A DNA stretch of 64,000 nucleotides, from NCBI RefSeq assembly GCF_964213995.1, contig NW_027590123.1, positions 1,426,001-1,490,000 on the forward strand, read 5' to 3'. Source of the stretch: Mustelus asterias (taxonomy: Eukaryota). Position numbers and translations under genes: made by a program. Shown here in pieces: positions 48,785 to 62,040 of the stretch. The notes under the pieces were generated by a model, which was not told where the DNA came from, did no database searches, and saw only the letters and a program-made list of their open reading frames with translations. Each line of letters starts with the position of its first letter. The stretch's first letter is position 1.

Positions 48785-50300
48785 GCTCCTTTGTCCATGT
48801 TTGAACAAAAGCTCAAATGAGGACAGCAGCTGAGTCATCCTGGCGAAACTCAAACTGGGCTTTGCTGAGGAGGTCTGTTGATGACCCTGCCATCGCTTTA
48901 CAGATGATCGAGAGTCGCCTAATTTGGCGGTAATTGGCTGGTTGGATTTGCAGTGCCTTTTTTTGTGCAGGACATACCTGGGCAATTTTCCACATTGTTG
49001 CGAAGATGCCAGTGTTGTAATTGTCCGAGAAGAACTTGGCTGGGGGAGCGGTAAGTTCTACAGCACAAGTACTATTGCCGGAATGTTATCAGGCTCCATT
49101 GCCTTTCCAGTATCCAGTGCCTCCAACCGGTTCTTGGTATCAAATGGAGTGAATCGAATTGGCTGGAGACTAGCATTTGAGATGCTGGGGACCACTGGAG
49201 GAGGCCGAGATGGATCATCCAGTCGACACTCCTGGCTGGAGATTGCTTCGAATTCTTCAGGTTTATCTCTTGCATCGAGGTGCTGGGCTGCACCATCAGT
49301 GAGGATGAGTATATTTGTGGATCTTCTTCCTCCAGTGAGTTGTTTAATTGTCCACCACCATTCACGACTGGATGTGAAAGGACTGAAGAGGTTAGATCTG
49401 ATCTGTTGGTTGTGGGATCGCTTACCTCTGTCTATCACTTGTTGTTTTTGCCATTTGGCATGTCCAGAGTCCTGTTTGGTAGTTTCTCCAGGTTGACACC
49501 TCACATTTTGGTATGCCTGGTGCTACTCCTGCACCAGGCATACCCCCCTTCCCCCCACACACACACACATCCGCCCCCCCCCCCACCCCCCCCCCCCACA
49601 CACACACACACCCTTGCACTCTCCATTGAACCCGAGTTGATTCCCTGACTTGATGGTAATGGTTATTTGGGGTCTATTCTGGGCCATGAGATTGCAGATT
49701 GTGCTGGAGTACAGTTCCCCTGCTGTTGGTGGCCCACAACGCCCCATGCATAACTAGTCTTGAGTTGCTAGATCGGTTCAAAGTCTGTCCCATTAAACAC
49801 GGTGATAGTGCCACATAACACAATGGAGGCTATTCTCAATGCAAAGGCGGGACTTCGTCTCCATACGGATTATGCAGTGATCACTCTTGCGGATACCGTC
49901 GTGAACAGTTGCATCTGCAGCCGGCAGATTGGTAAGGATGAGGTCAAGTATGTTATTTCCTCTTGTTGGTTCCTTCACCAGCTGCTGCAGATCAAGTCTA
50001 ACAGTTACATCTTTTAGGACCCGACCAGCTCGATCAGTATTGCTGCGAATGAGCCATTCTCGGTGGTGGACATTGAAATCCCCCATCCAGAGTACATTCT
50101 GCGCCCTTGCCACCCTCAGTGCTTCCTCCAAGTGTATTTCAACATGGAGGATCACTGATTCATGAGCCGAAGGAGGGCGGCACCTGGTATCCAGTAAGAG
50201 GTTTCCTTCCACATGTTTAACCTGAGGCCATGAGACTAGAGAGTCGATGTTAAGAACTCCCAGGGCAACTCACTCCCGATTGTATCCCACTGCGCTGCCA
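48785..50300 (-). mobile_element. Degenerate CR1/L2-group LINE (endonuclease to start of RT)
   Basis: WMGDFNVHH, PTRGNNILDLILTN, SDH, KAMEPDNIP, ANYR; C/CA tract at ~49543-49613. Confidence 0.85.
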
Positions 50301-50969
50301 TCGCTGCTAGGTGGCGGCACAGTGGTATACAGTCGCTGGGAGTTCGCTGGGGCATGAAATTGACACTGAGGCGAAATCGTCCCACAATATGCTGAAGTGA
50401 TCGAATTGTATATAATTTTAAGAGGGATTGATAGAGTATACGTAGACAAAATGTTTCTTCTTATTGGGCAGTCGAGATCAAGAGGTCACAATTACATAAA
50501 AAAACAAAATACGATGAATGCTGGAATCTGTGCAAAAAACAGAAAATGCTTGGAAATCTCAACTGATCTGACAGCATCTGTGGGGAAGGAATAGAACCAA
50601 CCTACTGTCACATGGATAGGTAGAGAGGCGGTAGATTTAAAACGGAGATGTTGGGGAACTACTTATTGCTAATGGTCGTCGAGTTGTGGAACTCGCTGCT
50701 CCATAGAAGGGTGGAGTCTGAATCATTAAAAAGGTTTAAAGAAGGAGACAGATATATTTCCAACACAAAATGAATTAACAGATAAGGGGCAGTGGATTTG
50801 AGACCAGGGAAAGATCAGCCATGAACTGATTGAATGCTGGAGCAGGCTCGAAGCGCTGAATTTGCCCACTGCTGATCTTAATTCCTATGTTCCTAAGTGT
50901 AACTTTCAATCTTCAGAACCCACCAACCACATCAATGAGGCAGATGCGCAACCTATCTGCCAAAATACT

Positions 50970-51540
50970 TGTTTTGGCAGATAAGGCAAAGGAGAATCCA
51001 AAGAGCTTCGACAAAGACAGAAAGGGCAAAAGAGTAGGAAGGGAGAGAGTAGGGCCTCTTAAGGATCAACAAGATCATCTATGTGCGGATCCACAAGAGA
51101 TGGGTGGGATCCTAAATGAATATTTCTCATCAGTATTTGCTGTAGAGAAAAGCATGGATGTTCGGGAACTTCAGGAAATAAATTGTGATGTCTTGAGGAG
51201 TGTACATATTACAGATAAGGAGGTGCTGGAAGTCTTAACGCGCATCGAGGCGGATAAATCCCGGGACCTGATGAAGTATATCCCAGGACATTGTGGGAGG
51301 CTAAGGAGGAAATTGAGGGTCCCTTAGCAGAGATATTCGAATCATTGGTAGTCGCAGGTGAGGTGCCTGAAGATTGGAGGGTGGTAAATGTTGTGCTTGT
51401 TTAAAAAGGGCTGCAGGGAAAAGCCTGGGAACTACAGGCCAGTGAGCCTCACATCTGTGATGGGTAAGTTGTTGGAAGGTATTTTAAGAGACAGGATCTA
51501 CAGGCATTTTGAGACGGAATGACTTATTAGAGATAGTCAA
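50970..51540 (+). mobile_element. CR1 ORF2 internal fragment
   Basis: KENPKSF, LNEYFSSVF, PEDWR, PGNYRPVSLTS. Confidence 0.8.
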
Positions 51541-51543
51541 CGA

Positions 51544-51849
51544 CTTGCCTGGGCTTGCAAAATCTCACTAACTGTCCTGGCTGGAGACAATACACATCTC
51601 TTTAACCTGTGCTTAACCCTCTCTCCACTCAAATTGTCTGTACCTTTAAGACCTGATTACCTGTAAAGACTCGCATTCCAACCATTGTTTTGTAAATTGA
51701 GTTTGTGTCTATATATGCCTTGTTTGTGAACACAACTCCCACTCACCTGATCAAGGGGCAGTGCTCCGAAAGCTTGTGGCTTGTGCTACCAAATAAACCT
51801 GTTGGACTTTAACCTGGTGTTGTGAGACTTCGTACTGTGCTTACCCCAG
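51544..51849 (+). mobile_element. Penelope-like 3' terminal repeat
   Basis: Similar to ~23090-23398; hammerhead-like cacctgatcaaggggcagtgctccgaaagcttgtg with G8 mutated. Confidence 0.85.
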
Positions 51850-52463
51850 CGGGCGGTGGTGGGGGTGGGGAGGAGGAGAACTGGGGGGAGCGGGGAAACA
51901 ATCCCTCAGCATGTACACTATCAAACAGTCTCGCCGTTGCAGACTTGTCAATGGGATCACTTTTTATTAGAGAGAAAGGGATAACCACAATGAATCTCTC
52001 CTCCAAGGGCAACTGTCTCATCAGAGCAATCAATCCATTGAACCTTCGTTACACAGACAGTGCGAGAATAGAGGGAAATAAGAACACACGATGGAAAGTG
52101 GATAGAGGCACAGTGAGAGACTGAGAAAGTGAAAAATAATGAGGTCGTTACACAGAAACAAAGAGAGACAGATATAGACAGTGCGTGGGGGAGTCAGCCA
52201 CATCGTATGAATGAATAACAATGTACACAAAGCCAGCGGCCGGAACCCACAAGCATTGTGTCCTATGAATTGTTGACTAGGGGTAAAGAGAATGTCCAAA
52301 AGAATCGACAACTTTTGAAACCATCTTGAATTGCCTGTGAGTGCGTTGTGTTGTTAGATTCCTTGTGTTGTCAGTTTCCCAAATCAAACCGCGGGAAAAC
52401 TAATCCTCCCGTGTGCACGGCAAAGAAATGCACAAGACTTTGCCATTGCAAACAACAGCAATG

Positions 52464-52553
52464 GGACTCGTCCGGGATTTGAACCCGGGACCTCTCGCAG
52501 CCTTGCACATCATAACACCCAAAGCGAGAATCATACCCCTAGACCAACGAGCC
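52464..52553 (-). tRNA. tRNA-Pro(TGG) with an 18-nt intron (52500-52517)
   Basis: Exons canonical except one acceptor-stem G:U; intron tgttatgatgtgcaaggc. Confidence 0.9.
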
Positions 52554-53676
52554 GCTGTTGCGGGAGTTGCTCAAATACGGATATTATATTGTCACACAAA
52601 TCTGATCAGACAGCTGCACTGAAAGCTGGAAGCGCTGGAAAAACTCAGGAAGTCAGGCAGCAAGTGCGCACAGGGAAAGGACTCTCTTCTTACACCTTCA
52701 TAACCTTTCATTTTACCCTTTAAGCTTGTAAAGTTTGGAAATGTAGGAAGTTTTAAACAAGTGAAATCCAGGAGCGAGGAAACATAACAACAGGAAAGGG
52801 CCCTGACCGGGTACAATTCAAGAGAGATAAATGAACAACTTGTTTACAGTCCATGGTCTGAGCGTGACGAAAGCAGAGTATCATAGAATGTTTGCACCGC
52901 AGAATGAGACCATTCACAAAATCTTTGAAAAAGCCACGTGTGCTGTGGATAATAGGGAGCCGGTGGGTGTACTGTACAGCGATTTCACAGGAGCTGCAGT
53001 GATGAGTTGGTGGATTTGGGAAATTGAGAAGAACACATGAGTCGCTTGTCTGACTATTTCATCTCATTGCCGCTTTCATGCTGCCGCGAAAAGTAATCCT
53101 TGTTGCCATTGGATGAAGGACTAACTTGTGTTCTACCTGAACAGAACATTTTGAAAGAGAGACTTGCCTCTGGTGGAGATAGATCTGAGATGAAAATAAT
53201 GAAATAGAAAACGAAGTAAATTTGATGAAACATCCAACGTATTAGAAATATTGGGTCATCCAAACTACTGGAAATATTGGGTTGACAGTAAGTGGCATGA
53301 ATTGATGCTGTGATCGCAGATATAGAACTGGAACCCACCATCACACCGAGTGAATCCGCTGTCTGTTTAAATGTTGATCAAAGAAAAATGTTAATCACCT
53401 TGCACAATGGAACGTACGGTAACTCAGTCAATAAGCACCCTCCACTCACAAATAACAGAAAGGGTCAATTTCATCTCACAACTTTAAACTTCTTGCTATG
53501 TTCCGTACATTTACCATGAAGTTTAATAAAGTAAGTGAATAGAGTTTGTGATGGTAAAAAAAATGTCCACGCCCATGAGGTACGTAAGCATAGTGACGGA
53601 CACAGAGGAACAAACATAACCATAGACCACGCGAGACAGAGGACTATGGAGCGACAAAACGGAGGTTAGACGTTAA

Positions 53677-53748
53677 GGGAATATAGCTTAGGGGTCGGGC
53701 ATTTGACTGCAAGTCAAGACGCTTCTGCATTCAAATCGGATGCCTCCT
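53677..53748 (+). pseudogene. tRNA-Cys(GCA) pseudogene
   Basis: Inverted paralog of 19290 and 32437. Confidence 0.7.
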
Positions 53749-54138
53749 TCCGCGCTTAATAGATTTTGTTTTCAATCTAAACTGCCCTTCATTGGCTGGA
53801 AAGCGCTTTGTGACGTCCACTGGTCGGGAGAGGTTCTATATCAATGCAAACATTTCATGACCTTCAATCCCAGTCCTCTGTTACTGAGCCCAGTCAGTGG
53901 GAACAGTCTGTCCCTCCCTGCTCTATCAAACGGCCGTTTTCCATGTTAGAAGGGATGAACCATTACACCACAACAACACTGTGGGGTAAAATAGTAAAAC
54001 ATACATGTTTAGATTTGTAAACGATGCCATCATTTGGTCTTTCTGTGTCAGGTTTGGTGAAAATTGAATTGGCATCGAATTTGCAGCCAACACTTTAACA
54101 CTATGATTTAAGATGCCACGTGGGCTACCGATGTGTCA

Positions 54139-54212
54139 GTCTCTGTGGCGCAATTGACCAGCGCGTTCGGCTGTTAATTGAAAAGTTGGTGGTTCGAGAC
54201 CATCCAGGGACG
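54139..54212 (+). pseudogene. tRNA-Asn(GTT), probably impaired
   Basis: D-loop GG changed to GA; anticodon stem weakened by G:U pairs. Confidence 0.75.
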
Positions 54213-54516
54213 GCGCTTCCACTTTTTTTTCTCTCCATCTACTTTAATTGTCTCTCAGTTTTTGAGTGTCACTGAGTCCTTGGGCAACACTAAGAAAAAC
54301 TTATCGTGTGTTTCTGCCTCTACTGTTAGCCGACGTTAGTTTATTGAACATTTATCTCTCAAATATTATTTGTAACAATTTATATATTTCAAATATTATT
54401 AAACTAAATAACTGAACTCGAAACTTCAACCCATGTTTGACCTTGGGTTTCCATTTTCCTGCTTTCCAGCCAATGAAGGACAGTTTAGATTGAAAACAAA
54501 ATCTATTAAGCGCGGA

Positions 54517-54588
54517 AAGAGGCATCTGATTTGAATGCAGAAACGTCTTGACTTGCAGTCAAATGCCCAACCCCTAAGCTATATTCCC
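54517..54588 (-). pseudogene. tRNA-Cys pseudogene (local inverted copy of 53677)
   Basis: ~54461-54592 is the reverse complement of ~53673-53804. Confidence 0.7.
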
Positions 54589-56469
54589 TTAATATCAATG
54601 AGCTATACCCCCTCAGGGCATTTTTGCAATCAATGATGAAGTACAAACTAACATTTTGTTTGCTCCAATTCAATTCATATGCAACAACGATCTAGAATCG
54701 GGGAAAATTTAAAGAAATGTTAATTTCAATTATGTTTCGACCTTATTTTAAATCGGGGAGCCTTTCGTATATGAAATGAACATGCTAACTCCTTCAATCC
54801 AGAAGCTCTGCTCATGACCAATGTGACCGGCCTAGAATATCAAACAGTGCAGTCTGATTGCAATTTAAATCCTTGCTTTGTAGAATTATAATTCTGTTGA
54901 AAACCTTAGCCATGTGGCAGAGTCATTGATCTAACATAAGATTTAGAAAATAGCATTTGTCCCGAATTTTATCTCTTTCTCCATGACTGCAGTTGCAGAA
55001 TATTATTCAAGCTTTGGGGAATTGTAAATACCACATGGCTGTGAGGTAATGTGATTCCTTAATATTTAAGAACACTTAGAGATGGGACAGCTGTTTTGAA
55101 AAGGTATTATCAGTTTTTTTGAACACAATAATCAGTATATTTCAGGAACAAAGGTGACAAATGGAAAGTGTTTCGAATTTGATGCGTGTCCACAGATTCT
55201 GCCAAACCTGCTGAGAATTTCCACCATGTTATGCTTGTATTATAAATATAGGTTTTATCAGAACATAAAACCCACCGCAAGACGGCAATGATAAATGAAA
55301 TAGTCCCACAAGCTGTTCACGTGTAAATTTTAATTTCCGAAACCCACCAATCTCATCATTCCTGATCCTGTGAAATTTACCTTGTAAAACACGGCAGGCA
55401 TTCACCTCTCAAAGAACTGAAACGCCTCAAATGTGAACTCTCTGCTCTCAATCTCAGGACTTTGCAATTATAAAAACAGCATTCTGGTGAAAGTTTAACT
55501 CAGTCCTCACTCCACTGATCTTTGCCGACTTACTGTGTATTTCCCTCATTGAACACATTTCAGGTTGGGACAGACAAATTCCTGATCTATTGGCAGCGCT
55601 TTGCAGCCTATCACTGTCCTTCACGATCTGTGTTTGTTCTTGAACTGTTGCCCATGTGACATTTCCAATTCGGACACAAATATAGATCTAACTCCACTGC
55701 TTCGGACAGAGCTGTTTTCGATCAGAAAACAACTCAGGTTTGTTACATGAATTATCAAAAACTTTAAATCTTAGCATATTGAAGCCGATCAATGACCCTG
55801 AAAGCGCCAAGTCCTAAGCACTGGACCATGAGGATTTCATTCTCCTGGTTCTCCCATAGACTGAATACAGGAATTCCACAGTGCCAATTATTCACAGTCG
55901 CATTCTCCTTCCTGTCTTGTGCACGTTGTTCAGCTTTGAAATTATTCATCTTTTCACATTAGCTTCCAGTGAGATGAAAGCAGAGCAGTGATAAGCTGAA
56001 GTTTTTCAACAGATTTACCACAATAAGGTATGTAACAAACATTACTCTTTGAATGTGGTGAGCTACAGTGAAATTTAATGCAGTAGAAGGTAGCTCACTC
56101 ATTCTGACAGTTGGTACCAGCAATTGCAATGTAAATATGATGTCGAGATACCGGCGTTGGACTGGGGTGGGCACAATAAGAAGTCTCACAGCATTATGTT
56201 AAAGTCCAACAGGTTCATTTGCTCCGATAATAAAATCAATTTGCTTTATTTTATCAGCGCCCCGAAAGCTCCTGACTCCAAATAGACCTGGTGTTGTAAG
56301 ACTTCCTCATGTAAATATGAATTGTTGTGGGTAATTGACAGGATTGTGGAATGGGGCAGATTTTTCCTTCTTCCTGTTCAACCTGCCACAAGTATCGCTC
56401 GCGTTTTCGACCAGGAAGCAATGCCCACTCTCCTTAATTCATGTGTTGCACGAGAGCAATGAATCATCA

Positions 56470-56540
56470 TTCCCTAACGTGAATCGAACCCAAACCATGG
56501 CAGTTAAAGCAGCGAATTCTATCGACGAAACCAACACGGA
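56470..56540 (-). pseudogene. tRNA-Glu pseudogene (anticodon drifted to TTA)
   Basis: Inverted paralog of 10683. Confidence 0.7.
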
Positions 56541-58088
56541 AATTGCGGTGACCTGAGCATTATTGAGCAATTGTGGGTGTGTGTGTGCGTCTGTGATTTG
56601 GGAGAAAGGTCACGTGCTCTAGGGTAACCCTTGATGAATGAAGCCACCGACCTCTTCATCGCTGAGTTTTTTGTGTTCTTGAGAAATCGTCCTCTGGGGC
56701 TGATGCAATGAGGCCAGGAGAGTAACCCACTGCACCGTCCGCAATGTGATTGCGGTGCGATTTGCTGAAAGCTGTTAATTTTATAAAAATCATCTTTTTG
56801 CGAATTGTAAATGAAATTCCCTTCAGTACCTGGTAAGAATTCTCACAACACCAGGTTAAAGTGCAACAGGTTTGTTTGAAATCACGAGCTTTCGGAGCGC
56901 AGCTCCTTCATCACTGACGCTGAGGATTCACCACATTTTTCTGTCTTTGAATGAAAGCAATAGATATCTCGTCAGTTCCCCGGTATCCTGAGTGTACGAC
57001 ACTGATTTCCACAGTACACTGCTTTAAATGTTTGTTTTCAATGTGAAATTAAGTGGTTTGATTCCATGTGAAGGATTTAAACTTACACTCTTCCGGGAAG
57101 GTGGTGACATAGTGGTAAAATCAGTGGAGTATGAATCCTGTGGCTCAGGCTCACAGGTCACGATCCCACCGCAGTCTAGAACTGAAACGGAAGTGAAAGC
57201 TCGTCTCAGTAATGAAGCTTTGTTTTCTGATTGTCATGAAAACACATCTTGCAGAAGGAAATCTGCCATCCTTCTCCTTTCTGGCCTCCATGGGACTCCA
57301 GAGGAAAGGCAATGTGATTGACTCTTAACTGCCCTCTGAAAGGGCCCAGCAAAATACTCAATTCAGAGGGAAATAGGGATTGACAACAAATGCTGGCATT
57401 GACAACAAAATATATATTGCATGAGCAGCATTTTAAGAAATGATTAATTCTCATTTTGTTTCATTTCATGTGAAAGGGTGATATATTCCAGTGTCCTATT
57501 ATTTAAAACCTCAGCCTTTCAGCTGTTCAAACAGGTAAGATTCAGTCAGAGAAAAGTGAACCACTGTGATCCAAAACTAGGTTTTGTAGATGCTGCGAAT
57601 CCCACCTCAAAACAGAAAATGTTGGAAGGACTCATCGGCTTCAAGAGCTTCTGTGGAGAGGGAAAGAGAGTGAATGATTCAGGTTGCTGACCTTTGACCC
57701 TAACTGGAAAAAAGTAGTGATTGAATGGTTTACAAACAAGTACAGAGTCAAGGAAAATAGAGAGGGAGAGGAGGAAAGAACAAACGGTCTTTTGATCGGA
57801 TGGAAGGCTGGAGTGATTGAATTCCGATGGAGATGATTATTATTCCCACTGACACAATCTCGCAGATCTGGGTTGAAATCTCATAATAAATGAGAACAAA
57901 ACCTCTCGCTGAGTTCAGCGCTGAATTCCCCACCTTCCAGTGAGCTGGAGGCAGTTTTCAGTCAGAAACCCACAACTGTGAGAGAAACAACGCAGAAAGC
58001 AGAAAGACTCAGTTTGAGCGGTGACACTTCTGGAGGAACGGAGATCTGGAATTCACCCAGGAATGAGGCAAAGTTTAAAAATCAATAT

Positions 58089-58161
58089 CGCCCAACGTGG
58101 GGCTCGAACCCACGACCCTGAGCTTAAGAGTCTCATGCTCTACCGATTGAGCTAGCCGGGC
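58089..58161 (-). tRNA. tRNA-Lys(CTT) variant
   Basis: Canonical except G15A and an A31:G39 anticodon-stem mismatch. Confidence 0.85.
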
Positions 58162-58729
58162 ACATGTGCTAAGCTGCTTTCCATAACCTAAAATGCATGG
58201 AGACAAATATGGTTTTTCCATCTGGTGTGTCAGCTTGTTCTGATTTCAAAGTTTACAATGAATCCACCGACAGAATCCCCAAAGTTCCTATCCATTCCTC
58301 GCAATCATTAATTACATTATTCACATCTTCCAATTCTTAGCTTCACCTCTCCCAAATATTCCAAACTCCTCTTCCATCATTCACCTTATTTTGCTTTGTT
58401 CTTAATAATTTAGCCAGGGGCGGAGGGAACTCAACATTTGCACTGTCAAACTGTTTCCCAGTTTCAGACTTTTCAGTAAGCTCACCTCTGATTATTCTAA
58501 ACTCCAGAGCGAACGGACTCATCCCACTGATTCTCTCCTCGCAGGAGAAACGCAGAAATCAATCCAGTGAACCTTGGTTACACACAGACAGCGAAATAAT
58601 GGACAGAGCAAGGAGCAAAAGATGTCAACGTAATAACAACATAGTCAGAGAGTCTGAGGGAGAGATATAGAGACAATGAAAAACAGAAATAGCGAGTGCG
58701 GTACACATCCACAACCCACGAATGACAAC

Positions 58730-59095
58730 CCACACTGTTGCTGATACCCTGCATAGTGGTACCCGATGGGGTTTTAAATGTCAGTTGCCTTGTCCCTTTC
58801 TGGGTTCCATTCCTTATTTAAAACCCATTCAATTACTTCTGGAGCTGATAAAGGGATAGGAAATAAGGGAATTCCTCCCTTTCCTCCGTGCATGGGAATG
58901 TGTGAACAGACCCAGCACTTGCTCAGATTCGATTGTGATGCATACAGATAAGACATATACACAAAGGTGTTCATACAATAGACAGAGTCATCATTACAGA
59001 GATGATCTGTGCTTCACCCCTAACTCATAATTCAATTTATATTATCCTGCTATAGCTAACAGGGCCAGGGTCGTGAGCATCAGCATGAGAAGCAT
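58730..59095 (-). pseudogene. env: Endogenous retrovirus env 5' remnant
   Basis: Signal-peptide-like MLLMLMLTTLALLAIAG*, then NTFVY..SNLSKCWVCSHIP..GIPLFPIP (CxxC motif); truncated. Confidence 0.7.
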
Positions 59096-59219
59096 CTTAT
59101 CACTTACTAATATCCCGCCCGACCGTTATACAATGGTCCAAAGGCTATATCGCCCACGCACAACACCGCGGATCCGCGAACCCGTTCAGCTTGCTTGGAG
59201 GTCACTTTGTTTGCTTATA

Positions 59220-59695
59220 TCTGTAAGTGGAGTATATCACATATTTTTCCAATTAATTTCAGCATATTCAATTGAGTATATACAGGCACAGATATCTCCA
59301 CTAATTATAACTTCATACAGCTCATTTCATTTTTGTACAAGCCCTGATTTGTTAGGTAATATTTTTACTAGGACATCCCACTGTTGGGACTGTCAGGGAG
59401 CATGTCAAGCTCTCTCTGCATCTCTTATTTCTTGATTGTCTTTTACCGATTTATGCATCCCTTTTAGTTGGGTGCTTAGTTCCAAAACATATCTCTTGAT
59501 TTTATCTTTTAGTGGACCTACATCGGTCCCACCTGTTATGATGCTTTTTGGTAATTGCATCGTCCGTCCTGTCATTAGCTCATAAGGGGTTAATCTGGTT
59601 GTTTGGTTTGTAGCAACCCTTAAACTCATTTAGTATGGTGGGCAATACCTTCATCCACGTTTTTTTCCCGATGTCTGTATGGCCTTCGCCAGTGC
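59220..59695 (-). pseudogene. pol: Retroviral integrase C-terminal remnant (copy 2)
   Basis: ALAKAIQTSG..WMKVLP, LTPYELMTGRTM, YVLELSTQL, YEVIISGD. Confidence 0.8.
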
Positions 59696-59712
59696 AAAGT
59701 AGTTTTGCCCAA

Positions 59713-61982
59713 TGTAATTAATTGTGCTATGCTTTAAGCTATTTTAAGCTCATTTGGCCTCGGCAGCTTGGAATTCTGAGTCCAACTTAGAAACTTAGCT
59801 GCATTCTCTGATAGTACAATGTAAGGTAAACAAACTTTCTCATGGCCAAGTTGTTGATGTCGCTGGAGACTGCCTGTATGGCTGTTTTCTCTCTCTCTCC
59901 TTCTTTCTCTAAAATAACCGTTATTTCGAAAACAATGCTTAAAGAAAGGCATACTTACTTCAGATCAGTCGAGTTTATTCTGAAGAAATAAACAGACCCT
60001 TCAGTTGGCTTGGGGCGAATCACACAACACTTTGCACTGGCTGCAGCTGGACATTCTATCAAAAGACATCGCTTTTCTCATTTATATCACATATCATACA
60101 ACTCCGATCTTTGTATGATGTATTCTTACATTATATCTAATTTGATCATTTGCTTGTCCATATTTGAAAGTGCAATGTTTCAGCAGAAATGATCCTTCTC
60201 TAGACAGATTGTCTCATAAGGTCTCACAGATGTCAATAGTTTATGCTGTCAGACACCGCTCTTTAAAAACACAGATAACCGAAATGATGCAAGATTTCTG
60301 AGTCTGGCTGCAAAGCCAATCTCCAACTCTTTTTCTGTCTCTCTCCAGTAAACCGGTTTCACCCCCTGTCATGTTAATATTAATTGTGCAAGATATTACA
60401 AATTACATCGGGTATTTCAAAACCCTCTTAATTTAGTTTTAAATTAATCTGTTTCCATTTTTAGACTGAGCTCCAGATCAGAATTCCTTGCACTTTTAGA
60501 ACAATAACAAGAGTTACTTGATTAGAAATGTTTTGGTTTGCTTCCTAGCTGGCTAGGTTCTAAGCTTTGCAGTGTTCTTAGATTTGGAAAACCTTGAACA
60601 ATAGATAGAACAATTCCAATGGCAGTATATAATTTTAACTAGTTACACTACCAGAACTATCATCAATGTGAGATGATTTAAATGCTGTAATTTGCTGCAT
60701 GTTATCGGAACATCACACAAGTCTTGAATTTCATATCGGTAACTAACTGGCAACACAAGTTCCAATAATTCATGCTGTTCAATGGTTGGCATCAAATGCA
60801 AATTAAAAATACTCAAGGACAACATCTTTATTTGTATTAACAACTGAGGTTTTAACTGATTAATCTCCTGCTGTAAATTGGGATAATCGGAACTACGATT
60901 CATTGATTTGATGGACTTTAAACTGACTCATCGACAGTATATTCACCTCATTCTTTTGTTCCTGCTTTTCTATTTTTCACCAAATTACTTATTATTTTTT
61001 TAACTTCTCAACTACACTCTTATAATTTCAACTTCAAGACAAGGAAAGAGCACATGGTCCTTCCAAGGTCTGACTCCTTTCTCAACATTAAAACGAACAA
61101 CAACAAAACATTCACGCAATCACGTTGTTAAACACACAGATACACATAGATACACATGGAAGCTTCCAACATTTATTCAGACTTAACATCTTAAACTGGG
61201 ATGGAAGTAAAACATTTAAGAATACAGACCGTTGATTAACAGTCGCTTTTATGCTGCTGCCTTCCAAGCTGTAATTCAACTCAAAACAGAAGTAAATTCA
61301 AGAAATCTTATCACTTTAATCTTTAACCGTTTGTAACAAATACCTCCCCCGCATTTTCTTATCTCATTATTCCACTGAATTATTTCCCTCATCTCTAATT
61401 ATATTGATTTGTCAATTTGGTATTATAGGCGGGCACTCCCTTTTAGCCCGTCTGTCATTTAATACAGTTTCATGGTTGATCCACGTAACACATTTTAATT
61501 AGAATGCATTATGGCAGTATAATAATTCCCAGTATGACACACGCACTCCCATTCTATCTTATGTAACTCCCTTCTCTGTTAAATTTTGACTATATCTTAA
61601 AATTACTGCAAGTCTTATAACTCAGAGGAACATAAACAAGTGATTAATCATCATTTCAAATACGCAGGAATAATTCTTTCTATTTATCTTTTCAACTTTA
61701 GTTCTATCAAAAATACATTTTCAAATTTAACAAAAGCCTACTCCAAATAATCCATTTATTTTATCAATTTTAAATATCCCTCCTAAAATAATTATCTTTA
61801 CACAGGCAGATGCAGTAACTCTCCTTACGACTCTTCAGATGTAATCTAATGCTATTATTCCCACATTCCCCAAATCTCTGTCCGATGCCCCCGTTGCAAA
61901 ATTTATTAATTTATTAAACTCGCATTGATCTGCTATACCCCATTCCATCACATGAGGCTCTCGATCGCAATTACATCTTACA
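59713..61982 (-). mobile_element. Candidate long LTR
   Basis: Polypurine tract then TGTAA at 61982; TATAAAT 60086-60080; AATAAA 59979-59974; ends TTACA at 59713; alternative start at 61338. Confidence 0.5.
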
Positions 61983-62040
61983 TCTCTCTCTCTCTCTCCC
62001 TCCCTCGAGTGAGAGAAACTTACAACCTGCTTGTTTACTT

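Larger units (their letters stand above)
55590..58725 (-). repeat. Inverted segmental duplicate of ~8500-11635
   Basis: Near-identical ORF translations (9534/57478, 9902/57028, 11035/55959) and the same Lys, Glu and SINE order reversed. Confidence 0.95.

Noticed and set aside
56470-56540. Apparent ochre-suppressor (TTA) tRNA
   Set aside because: Degenerate Glu pseudogene with a broken A box and stems
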